Shown in pieces: positions 1 to 10,190 of a DNA stretch of 16,278 nucleotides. A program made the translations under genes and the position numbers. Every line of letters starts with the position of its first letter. The stretch's first letter is position 1. The stretch comes from Selaginella moellendorffii (taxonomy: Eukaryota; Plantae; Lycopodiophyta). The notes beneath the pieces were generated by a model. That model did not search any database and was not told the DNA's origin. It saw only the letters and a program-made list of their open reading frames with translations. Location: contig NW_003314526.1 of the NCBI RefSeq assembly GCF_000143415.4, positions 1 to 16,278 on the forward strand, read 5' to 3'.

Positions 1-121
1 CACCTTTTTGTTATAGGCCACTAGTATGCCAGAATTGGGCTAAACACCATTTAATACTATTTTACATGCAAAAGTTGGATATGGGGAGTTAGTGTTCGTA
101 AAAGATATTAAGTGCGTACCA
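1..121 (+). mobile_element. Truncated, degenerate LTR fragment related to the insert at 8382-9529
   Basis: Bases ~12-70 (TAGGCCACTAGTATGCCAGAATTGGGCTAAACACCATTTAATACTATTTTACA) align co-linearly with ~9148-9200 (TAGGCCACCGGTATGCCAAAATAGCACTAGACTCCATTTGGCTCCGTTTTGCA). AAGTGCGTACCA at ~110-121 loosely resembles that element's end (AAGTGCGCTACA). It lies upstream of a gag-protease remnant. No PBS is recognisable. Confidence 0.5.
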
Positions 122-399
122 AATCTTTATTTTGTTGCACAAAGGGTTTGGAATTTGATATAGGCCATAAATATTTTTTTTCTAATTTGCCAACTTATCT
201 TTTTTATTCGACCACCTTTGCCTTGGCATTAGTTAAGTTCCCTTGCCAAGGTCCCCACTTATTATACCATCTCCTACTTGGTTCTACTTGGATTTAACTA
301 CTTACTGCACGAGCAATGAAGTGTTAACCATCTATCTACAGATTTGTAAATTTTCTCCTAATCCCCTTCCTCGGGTTAGATTGGACTTAAGGTTGATCC

Positions 400-1700
400 A
401 TTCTTGATACCATGATCGTGCTACCATGATCCATTCTTCTCCAGCCTTGCACAGTGATGATAGAGTTCCCTTAATGATCGAGAAGGCATTGTCAGAGCTT
501 GCAAAATACAAGGAGATCATCTAGCAACAGTGATAAATGCAAGAGAAGCTACTTGAGGAGCTTAGAGTATGCCGCTTATAGTAGGTAGAGAGACTAAGAT
601 TCCCTCCTCGTTCTTGGTACTTACTCACATTGTGATGTTATGACACATAGCATAGAGAGATGTTGGAAGCTTCACTTAGAACTTTGACCACCTTCTGTCC
701 AGCATGTTCAACAGCAACTTCTAGTAGACAACATATTTCTTCCATGGCTAGAGATAGATACCAGCAACAACTGGAGTAAAAAGCGATTGAAGACACCCCT
801 TCGTCGAGCTGTGGAAAGACACCAATGCACGTCAACATAGTTTATGTTGTAGAGGACGGTTATAAAATGGCTGCTATGACTCAAGGGCACAAGAAGGTTT
901 CTCCTTTAGCCCCAAATATTGATGGTGAGCAGGATCCAGCTCTAGTTTCCAAAACTTCCCCATCTCTCATAGCATGCAAATTACCCCATGCTTCAGTATT
1001 TGCAGCGCCACCCACATCCTTGGCCACAACTTCAAATCCAACAACTAGATATTCATCCAACTTTCAATGTGGGGTGCCCAGCTGCCCTCTACTCTTTCTC
1101 GAGTCCCACAAGAGGTTCTTGCTTAGATTGTTGACATGCCAGTCTAGATCATACTTGGTGAGCTTTTGCGATATGTACCCGGCTTTACTCCTTAGCTGGA
1201 GGCTTTTGCCAAGTCCACAGGCATCCCCGTGAAACATCAGCATGACATGCACATCATCAACACTCAAACCACTTATGATCCCAAAGCATTCTTTGTGGAG
1301 GTCCACATCAACGATAGATCTTTGATAGCACAAGCATTATTTGATTCTAGATTTCAGAGCAACATCATCTCCCTTAACTTGGCACTTTTTAGTTGCTTGG
1401 AAGTGGTGACAAACACAGTTGTCATCCTCAAAATGTTTGCCAATCACTGAATTGTCCCTACAGGCATTTGTTAGAATGTCAAGATCTTGGTGCAAGGAGT
1501 GGTTTCCATGCTAAATTTCCTTGTTGTGGACTTCCAACAGCTAGGATTTGGCAAGCTGAAGGACTCCATTATCTTAGAACAGACTTACATGACAACTTGG
1601 GCCAAGGGAGAATCAACAATTACTAATGGCATTTATGTAGCAACTCTTTTCAATACCCATGGTCATTCTCTACTTCCATCTAGCTTGTCTTAAGTGGATG
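400..1700 (+). pseudogene. Degenerate LTR-retrotransposon gag plus aspartic protease (Ty3/gypsy-like)
   Basis: The ORF piece 1229-1450 reads FFVEVHIND..IAQALFDSRFQSNIIS. This is the retropepsin active-site motif LFD(S/T)G, with Gly changed to Arg by a G>A change. ORF 1487-1693 has FLVVD...IILE...W, matching the protease C-terminal F.VV....IILG..W. Upstream FQCGVP (~1063-1080) resembles a broken zinc knuckle. There are many stops and frameshifts, and boundaries are approximate. Confidence 0.7.
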
Positions 1701-3809
1701 TTTCTTCCATCATTAAAGTTGCTTAGGCTCTCAAGGTTTTTTTCCTGAAACTTATTGAGGATGACACATTGCTGGAGATCTAAGTTGTTGATTGCAATAT
1801 GATTGACTTCTTCAACATGGACTGGACTACATTAACACTTGACTTCTTTACCATCACTACACAAGTCTAGAGATCCCTTGGCTTCAACACATCTAGGGAT
1901 TTCACATCAATTCCTTTGTTGCAGCATAGTGAGGATTTTGTCCAAGTGGTGGATTCTCCAAGCACTTTTCTAACTCTAGCATTTATATAGTAGTTTTGGA
2001 GCTGTTAATGAAATAGGGTCACAAGGCATCAATAACACTTTGGAGAGCATAACTTTTTCACTCTTTTTGAGTACACTTTTAACTTTCTAGCTTAGTGACT
2101 ACACTTTTGGTGGCATTTCTCACCCAAGACCTGCAGTCCAACCTTGCTACTCACTTGGGATACGACCATGACATAAAGGTGGTAGGCATTTTCCAGTAGC
2201 ATCTCAACTTTTCCTTGGAGTTTCTCCCAACTTGGCACCTCATCTCAACTCTTCCCAAACTTAGGTTCATGGCTGGATCCCAACTTCATCCTACTACAAC
2301 ACTCAAAGCATTCTCCGACACTATCGACACTTTATCAGTAACACATGATGACTTCCATATGTCCTTGGGGACACTTTCTACCATCCTCAGGAGGCTCCCA
2401 TCCTTCCAAGCAGTTCTAGCATCTTAGATTCTCTTATAGTGACATTATTCACCACTTTAGGCATTTTTAATGCAATCTAGCACTTGAGGGTGACTAAGTC
2501 AGTTTCAGTGGCATTCTAGGCCTTCTATAGGATGCCTTGCATCCTCTTGGCACTTCCATCATCATCACCCATCACAAAAGCTGCTTGCACTACTCATTTT
2601 TTTTACTTTTTTTGTTTTTTTTTGTTTTTCTTCTGCTCTCACTCTTTTTACATCTTTTTTCAAGCCAAGGAATTATGTGGAGAAAGTCTCTTTTAATGAA
2701 CATGCTCTAGCTGCATTATTGATTGTATGAAAATTTCTCGACTCTTATTGATTTGTGCTTCATTTCTTTAGCTTTTTTCTCTACATTAATTCCATCCTCA
2801 CATTTTCATCACCAATCTATATCATCTATACTCTAGAATTCTCTATCACACACTACACATACCTAATAATATCTTTCACATTTTCCACCATTTATCATCC
2901 ATTCATACTAGACATTTGTGGACAACACTTCATCATAAAGGCTCTTCCAAACAAGCAAAAACACAAATCAAGATATTCTCATGCACAACATGTGAGATAT
3001 TCAATGAACTAGTCACATACTGCAACTTTCTTCTTTTTAGAACTGATTTCTTCTTCTAGTAGAATAGCCTAATTGTAGAGGGCATCCAATTGCTTTCAAA
3101 GGTGTGGCCAACAAAGCCAACACCCTTTTCTTCCAGCTCAAATCATAAGTGAAGCAGTTTGGCACCTTTTGAGCAATAGTCCAATAGTTTTTGGTGTGAG
3201 CAGTAGCTATGACTTCACATTTCACTACATCAGATTAGAGCCCATCCTTGGACACACTCAATTATATCATCCATCTACTAAGATCCCCTATCATCACTTT
3301 CTTCCATTATAGTTCATCTTCTATTTCATAGTTACCATCATTAGGCAATACAATCCTTATGTTTTCTTCTTCATTCTTAGCCAAAGTTTTGAGCACAAAC
3401 TACTTGAGCTTGAGGTTGCATTTGCATATTCACTTTCCAGAGTGTTTGAGCTTCTTTCCATTTGGTTTTTTTGCTCTTTTTTCCTTATTTTTCCCTCTTT
3501 TCCTACTTTCTTGAGTATCTAATTCAACCACATAGTTTCCCACTGGGCTTTCCCTGTATCTTTGCACTTTAAACTCCTTTCCCATCTTCTACTTTCATCT
3601 TTATTTTATTTTTTATTTCCATCTCTTGTTTTCTTTTCCTTTTCTCTTTGTTTCAGCAATTACCCACTCTAGACACTACATTCTAGCACATGGGAGCATC
3701 TTAGCCATGGGTTCTTGCACACCAAAGTCTTCTACACCCACCAATAATTGCTTGTTGTGGCACTAACTCATTGCTGCCTTCTCCTCATATCACGTGTTGC
3801 AACTAGAGA

Positions 3810-3915
3810 AGCAACTCTTACTCTTGCTCCTAAGCCTACTCTTGCCCCGCTCTTACTCCTACTTCTACCCCTATTTCTATTCCTACTCCCACTACTACTC
3901 CTACTCCTACTCCCC
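3810..3915. repeat. Degenerate 6-bp-period microsatellite (CCTACT/CTTACT)n
   Basis: Seen directly: actcttactcttgctcct...cctactcccactactactcctactcctactcc. It explains the poly-Leu and RS-repeat pseudo-ORFs 3748-3990 and 3768-4157. Confidence 0.8.
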
Positions 3916-4117
3916 AGTTGTAGATATGGGTGTCTTGAGAGAGAGGGAGAGGATATTTTGATTCTCAAAATATTCCAAATGATTGTATAAAAACCATGCG
4001 AGGGTGAAATATCAAGGGTCCTCCCCATTTTCTCTTGTAGTTGAGTTTGAAATTGTGGCTTTGTGAGTTTATATGTGAGGGATGGATCCATAATTGGGGC
4101 TAAAAAATGCCCTAATA

Positions 4118-5224
4118 GATACTCTTTCCACCTTTTGCCTTTGGGTGCCCTAGCCATGTGGCTAGAGCAAGGTTTTGATGAGTCATGCTAGGTATTCAAG
4201 TAGGTAGTGCCACCCACACTTAGATTGGGAGCATCGACTATTCAATCTCCTGGGGGAGCTAGAGTTAGCTCTTGAACACTTCACCAAGTTACCCCACTTT
4301 CATCCATATTCACTTTAGTCTTGAACTCCTCAATGGTTATATTATCACCCACCACGTGGGTATAACCTTCCTTAGCCACACTGGCTTTACTAGCCAAACT
4401 ATTTCTACTGAAATCCTCCCCCTACTATCCTTTTAAAGCTCACTTGGGAAATGATTGCTTTGGGCTTTCACCTTAGATTCAGACTCAAATTTGGACTAGG
4501 TCTTGGACACAGTCTTGGACTCGGTCTGGGTCTCGGCCTCTATCTTGGTCCCAGTCGCGGTCCCTGTCTCAGGCTCTATTTTAGGCTCCATCTTGGGCTC
4601 CATCTCAGACTCCTTCTTAGACTCCATCTAAACTTGATCTTGGGTCCATCTCAAACTCTATTTTAGACTCCATCTTGGGTCCATCTTGGGTCCATCTCGG
4701 ACTCTTTCTCGGACTCCATTTCACATCCATCTCAAACTCCAATTCGGACTCTATCTTGGACTCCTCGGATTCCATCTTAGGTCCATCTCGAACTCAATTA
4801 TGACACTTCCATGTGTCATATGTTGATCCTCTTGTTTCCCTTTTCAAGAGGCTTGCTTATTAATTGCTTTATGCTTATTCCTTAAGCATTTTAATGGGAG
4901 TTCCACTCTTACTCTCGACTTTTTGAGTTAGAGCTTTTAGTCCAAATGTGTTACACTTGTCTAGCTTCCACTTCAGCCACTACCACATGGCACCCTCTTG
5001 GCTCCACTCTAGATAGCTATTGTTTGAGGATGCAAGAAGAACAAAGGTAGAAAAGTTTTAATTTCCTTTAAAATGCTTAAATGGTCTAGAGTTTAGGGCT
5101 TAAGGATTTGTGTCTCATACAAGTGTAGGTGTTACTACCTACTTGGATACCTAGTATGGCTTATTGGAACCTCGCTCTAGCCACATGGCTAGGGCACCTA
5201 GAGGCAGAAGGTGGGGAGAGTACC
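4118..5224. repeat. Pair of ~104-bp inverted repeats (4118-4221 and 5121-5224) separated by ~900 bp
   Basis: The reverse complement of 5121-5224 aligns without gaps to 4118-4221. My manual count gives about 17 mismatches, nearly all transitions. The shared core is GGTGCCCTAGCCATGTGGCTAGAGC. Confidence 0.9.
4470..4797. repeat. Degenerate 6/12-bp tandem repeat (GGACTCCATCTC-like)
   Basis: Recurrent units such as ggctccatctt, agactccatct, gggtccatctc and ggactccattt. It explains the LG/LRLH pseudo-ORF 4451-4666. Confidence 0.8.
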
Positions 5225-6726
5225 CACAAGGTTCGCATTGGGTTACAGTGTTTCAAAATATTATCTTAAAGTTTCAGACTGTGGAAAGGAAAAGGAATAA
5301 TCCTCTTGTGTAGTGACCAAGCATATAGTCATGTGGCAAGGAAGTTTTAGAGGAGGATGGGACTTCTTTAGGCCTTTAGGCCCTAACCCAGTGGTAGTGT
5401 TGGCAAGCACAACTATGTATGGAAAGGGACTAGATAGGGACTGAAAAAGGGATATTAAGGAAGGGTGTTTTCTATGTCTTTGGGCATTTTAAGGATGCTA
5501 AGATGTGGTCATAAGATGAGGTCATAAGATGACCACTCATTTTGGAAGACAACATTGTGGTATAGGTGGTTTTAGGCTATCAATTAGATAAAGGTGAATG
5601 GATATAACCTTAGTGCAATAAGATGATGTCATTGGTATCTTTAGGTGTTTATCATGGGATTGAATATATGGAGCATTTGGACCAAGTGCAAAAGCTGAGT
5701 GGTATACAAATCATTCATGAGGCTAGCAAGTCCTTAAGATGGGAATAAAATTTATAAAAATGGTGAGTGAAACTCTTCCAAATGGTCAAAGGTGTGGTTA
5801 AGTGATTTAGTTGCTTATATAAGAAGGATGTTCTAAATATTACTTTCTATAATCCATTTAATTTATATGAATTTTTTATGATACTGTATAGATTGAATAA
5901 TTCTTTAGAGACTTTTTGGATGATATTCTTTACAATATGTTAAAAGTGACTATTAATTTCATTGATAATGTCTTGATCCACTTTAAGGGGCCATAGGAGG
6001 AACACACTTGTGGTGTTTGTAAAACATTGGGATCAGTTATAGGAAGTTAGTTTGACATTGATACGGTTAAAATGCATATATCTTGAGTATTATATTTTTC
6101 ATGAAAATTTACAAATTGATTCTGACAAACTTGTAAATGTTATGAAGTTCTCTACTCCAAAGTGCGTGAACAATATACGACACTTTCTTGGCAAGGTGCA
6201 ATATCTTTTTCATGTTATTGTCTTTTTTTATCATTGCAAGCATTAATGAAGTTGTTCATATTATTTTTCATCTAATTTGGGATTGTGAATAGGCATTCAT
6301 CTCAATAACTTTTCTAGTTTTTGAGTATTTTGACTACACTCAACCTTTTGTAGATGCTTTTTGATATTATCTCAAAGGTGTATTGATGCAAGAGAGCATG
6401 ATTGTGTTTGGTTAATACAATTCTATTATGTATATTAGCCATACGTTGCAACCAATGAAGGTGAACTACTCCATGATAACAAAAGTTTCAAAAATATTTA
6501 TGCGTATTTGCATAGTTTTTAGACATTGTTAAAAAGTGATTATGTTACAGTCTTTTCATTATTAAAGTGGAAGAACTTTGCTAATTTAGCGCATGTGATC
6601 ATGGGATGAGATTTAAATATATTGTTACCATGGATCCTTGGAACCTTCGGGGATAAATGGGGATAAAATAACCATTAAGGGCTCTTTCATCCTTTTCCAG
6701 TTAGTTTAATGGGAGAAAGATAGTAC

Positions 6727-6737
6727 GGTATCAGAGC
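6727..6737 (+). other. Primer binding site complementary to the initiator tRNA-Met 3' end
   Basis: GGTATCAGAGC, against the canonical plant PBS TGGTATCAGAGC, immediately after the 5' LTR. Confidence 0.85.
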
Positions 6738-6867
6738 AAATGGCATGGGTTCAAATTCTATTGATTAGTGGGCATCTATGCGTACGTCCTTCCTTTTGGT
6801 AGAGCATCCATGAACGAAGGTATTCACCGTGGGACTACGGTACGAGTGAATGACTAGTTGCCTCACA

Positions 6868-7003
6868 TGGAATAACTAATCTACACAATTGAAGGATTGG
6901 TAAATTTAGTACGGAAATGGAGGTGTTGATTCTCTTGGAATAGCTAATCTATATAATGGAAGGATTAGTAAATTCAGTGTAGAAATGGAGGTGTTGATTC
7001 CCC
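6868..7003. repeat. Two-copy 68-bp tandem duplication inside the TRIM
   Basis: TGGAATAACTAATCTACACAATTGAAGGATTGGTAAATTTAGTACGGAAATGGAGGTGTTGATTCTCT (6868-6935) is followed by TGGAATAGCTAATCTATATAATGGAAGGATTAGTAAATTCAGTGTAGAAATGGAGGTGTTGATTCCCC (6936-7003). Confidence 0.95.
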
Positions 7004-8381
7004 TTGACTCAGTAGGGGTTATTAATCAATAGTAAATGAGGACATTGACATCTCTGAAAGGGGGATGAGTGTAACATATGTGATTATGAAATGAGATTTG
7101 CATATACTATCACTGTGGATCCTTGGAATCTTGGGGGATAAATAGAGATAAAATAGCCACTAAAAGCTCTCTTATTAATTAATGGCCCCTTTTTTAGTTG
7201 GCTTAAGGAGAGAGAGATAAGGTGCACTATAGCTAGTTTTACAACTTAGTAGGATCTAAAACTTTCAGCTATATAATTTTGAGGTTATTTATCGCTCTAG
7301 GTAATGCTTATACTCTTTCTTGACCTCTCCTTTTTTTACTCTCTTCTTATATTCTTGACAAGTCTATTATTTCAATATTAGTAGAGTTTTTAAACAAAGA
7401 TTTTATATCACTATCAGTTGTTGTGTTTGATATTCAATATCTACAAGATACTTGCTATTTTGATATTTATATTTTCAATATCACTTTGAGGATGACCATT
7501 TTTACTTTGTGAAGACTAATTTTGATACATATTTAAGGCTAGTGGTGCCTTATTCTATGTTTTCTCCACACCCATAATAACTCTTCTATTCAAGTTAGGC
7601 ATATGAAATATCATCATATGACTAAGAAGTTATATAAATTTTTCTATTGGTTAAAGATATGATATGATGTTATTTGATATGTGCATAGTTGAGTTTGGTA
7701 CTAAACTTATAATACTATCTTTATTGTTGTAAGATAATTAGAGTTAATTGTAGTTTGATATTGAATTGGTGGCATTTTATTTGATAGGGCCTTTTTCATA
7801 GTCAATTACTATCAATAAGTGTGTTATTATTGCTTTTTACTACTTTACTTAGTGGGTGGAAGTTGGTGCTAATGCTAGTACATCTATGACTGGTATTAAA
7901 TGCTTTCTCCTTAATTGAGTGGTGTTTTAGCATTCTCATCTAGAGCTGATTTTCTTAGACAATAGTTCTACATTTATGGATGAGGCATTTTATATTTTGA
8001 CATCTTAACTAAGGATATATCACACTTTCACAAGTGTTTATCATCCACAAATGAATGATTTGGTGAAATAGCTTATTAGACCTTCAAAAAGATTATCACA
8101 ATGTATAAGAATTTTTAATATTGAGATTAGGATTGTTATTTTTTATGTCTTCAATATGTGTATTTCATAGGGGTATAGGGTGTTTTACCATATAAAGTAT
8201 TATATATGGTCATGATCTAACATTGCTAATAAAGTTGAGTTTACTTTTACGATTGCTATAAGTTGATAATATTAGGACCTGAGATTAATATTTGATGACC
8301 ATTCTTGCACTACTTGGAGCAAAGTTTGTTAAACACTTCTGCCATATATAAATGAGATAATAGTAATGTTATGTATAAAGT

Positions 8382-9529
8382 TGTCACGAATGTGACTTTG
8401 GGTATCGAAAGTTACTTGTCGGCTAGTCCTTATGGACACAATTTCCTTACTGCCACGATAGCAGGAGGTTAGTATTGCTAGACCTGTTATCAGTTCCCAC
8501 TTGGGCTAGTTGAGAAATTGGTCAATAACCATGGACTTAGATTGGATAAATATAAGGTAGGAACCCCTATGTGTTTCTTGCTGAGCATACTCGGCCTAGT
8601 TTGAGAAACTTATGTCATTGGCTTGTACTTGCTAGTATTAAGAACCCCCGCGATATTGAGCTTGGTCCCTCAATATTGTTAGATGATAGCTTATCGTGTC
8701 TGCCAAACACCCTTGCTATCATACTTTTTGTGTTAGTCTCATTTTGGTCTTAAATGCTATTTATAAAAAGTGTCCAAATTTACTTATTTGGCATATTTAC
8801 GGAATGTAGAGATTCTCATGAACACAATGATGTTCGTCTCGTGTCCAAATTTGCAATCTAAGAACATTCCATATTTAGTAAGTTTCAAATTTGTTCTAGA
8901 GACTAACTTCTGGTACTAAGGGAGGCTTGGGGTGAAAGCCCAAAGCGTGTGTTCCTCAAAGGGGGGGGAGGGAGGCTATGGGGGGTTCCAAATGTATAGT
9001 AGGGATAGTGGGTAGGTTGCGCATAGCCGATCAACCTGAGGCATAGTTTAACTCTTGCTTACATGCTTGTCTTTGTTTTGCATTTGGCTTAGGTCTAACC
9101 CCAAGTTCCACACCATGTTAGCTGGTGAAGTACCCATGTTTTTATGTTAGGCCACCGGTATGCCAAAATAGCACTAGACTCCATTTGGCTCCGTTTTGCA
9201 TACTGATCCTGTCATTAGGATGCTGGTTGCTCTAGGATTGTTCCAAGTTACTCTAGGCTCCTGTCCCTTCACTCCTTGGGCTATATGCTTGGGAGTTGCT
9301 TTGTGGTCCAGTTCCGTCACTCAACTCCATGCTTGGGAGTTTGGAATTTGTTCTTTCGTTTAGTGGCCCAAGGCATTGAACCTCAGGTTCCACACCACTG
9401 TCCTTTGGACACGTGGCATGTGACACATGGCATATGACACATGGCACATGGAGGGTTTAGGTTCCGCTTCATAGTGTTATCCTATGGTAAATCACCATAG
9501 GATAGGAGGTAAAAACCAAGTGCGCTACA
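8382..9529. mobile_element. 1148-bp solo-LTR-like insertion
   Basis: It starts TGT and ends ACA, flanked by a perfect 5-bp TSD AAAGT (8377-8381 and 9530-9534). The duplicate copy shows the uninterrupted site GTATAAAGTGGATGATTGG at ~10281-10299. It is non-coding and less AT-rich than the host pol. Confidence 0.88.
9407..9449 (+). promoter_or_regulatory. Three 14-bp tandem units containing a G-box/ABRE (GGACACGTGGC) and two CACATG variants
   Basis: The units are GACACGTGGCATGT, GACACATGGCATAT and GACACATGGCACAT. The repeat is certain; regulatory function is inferred from the motif match only. Confidence 0.5.
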
Positions 9530-9991
9530 AAAGTGGATGATTGGTATTTGTTTATTTTCCAAATTTTACAGTGTATAATTTACCTAATGGGCTCTTTGCT
9601 TAGTAGAAAGGATTGTATCAAGTGTTGTGGCAAATTAGATTCCAAATTTATGATCATCACCAATTTATGTCATCATTGTGGTGAACTTGGATAACTAAGG
9701 ATATCACATTTTCACAACTGTTTATCATCCTCAAATGAATGATTTGGTGAAATAGCTGATTGGACCTTTAAAAGGATGATCACAATGTATAAGAATTTTT
9801 AATATTGAGATTAGGATTGTTATTTTTCATGTCTTCAATATGTGTATATCATAGGGGTATAGGGTGTTTTACCATATAAAGTATTATATATGGTCATGAT
9901 CTAACATTACCAATAGAGTTGAGTTTAATTTTACAATTGCTATGAGTTGCTAGGACCTGGGATTAATATTTGATTACCATTTTTGCACTAC

Positions 9992-10190
9992 TGTAAACTT
10001 TTGAATCTGCATTTTCCGGGAGGTCACCACCCAACCCAATATTATTCAAACCCAAGGACACTTAACCCCAAATATCCCAAGACCCTTAATTGATTGGAAA
10101 AGGGGGTGCACTCTTTTTCATGGGCCTTTTCTTTTTATATTTGAACCCCTATGGATCATCTCTCAAGTCGTTCCTTTTCGTTACTTTATA
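9992..10190 (-). mobile_element. 199-bp solo LTR carrying a 5S rRNA-derived segment (Cassandra-like TRIM LTR)
   Basis: A perfect TSD ACTAC flanks it (9987-9991 and 10191-10195). The termini are TGTAAA...TTTATA (TTTACA with C>T). The empty site TTGCACTACTTGGAGC is present in the other duplicate at ~8305-8320. A 5S-like segment lies on the minus strand at 10013-10066. Confidence 0.88.
10013..10066 (-). pseudogene. Degenerate 5S rRNA fragment (box A - intermediate element - box C internal Pol III promoter) within the LTR
   Basis: The minus strand reads GTTAAGTGTCCTTGGGTTTGAATAATATTGGGTTGGGTGGTGACCTCCCGGAAA. The recalled plant 5S sequence is GTTAAGCGTGCTTGGGCGAGAGTAGTACTAGGATGGGTGACCTCCTGGGAA. 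By hand about 39 of 51 positions are identical, with a 3-nt insertion. It is not a full 5S gene. Confidence 0.85.

Larger units (their letters stand above)
6585..7231 (+). mobile_element. Complete TRIM (terminal-repeat retrotransposon in miniature), 647 bp, inserted in the gypsy RNase H region
   Basis: Direct repeats at 6585-~6726 and 7070-7231 (e.g. ATGTGAT.ATG..ATGAGATTT, TGGATCCTTGGAA, GATAAAATA.CCA.TAA). PBS GGTATCAGAGC lies at 6727-6737 and a polypurine tract GAAAGGGGGATGAG directly precedes TGTAAC at 7070. Inferred termini are TGTAG...CTACA (observed TTTAG/TGTAA...CTATA). The TSD is GCTAA (6580-6584) and GCTAG (7232-7236). No coding capacity. Confidence 0.9.

Noticed and set aside
2590-2665. 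T-rich tract as a LINE/SINE poly-A tail or terminator
   Set aside because: It is interrupted low-complexity sequence with no TSD or non-LTR body identified.
3000-3450. Minus-strand protease or extra antisense ORF
   Set aside because: An ILVDG-like word occurs near 3270-3285, but it is surrounded by stops and has no supporting motifs.
3748-4157. RS-rich (SR-protein-like) ORF on the minus strand and poly-Leu ORF on the plus strand
   Set aside because: Both are translations of a 6-bp microsatellite, and there is no RRM or other domain.
4451-4666. Leu/Gly/His repeat ORF
   Set aside because: It is a by-product of the degenerate 6/12-bp tandem repeat.
4470-4797. CRISPR-like array
   Set aside because: The units are contiguous and degenerate with no unique spacers, the context is eukaryotic, and there are no cas genes.
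4118-5224. DIRS-type retroelement suggested by inverted repeats
   Set aside because: No tyrosine recombinase or methyltransferase motifs were seen, and the neighbouring pol has a DDE-type integrase.
10013-10066. Functional 5S rRNA gene
   Set aside because: Only ~54 nt of ~120 nt is present. It is mutated, lacks the 5' part and terminator, and is embedded in a TSD-flanked insertion.
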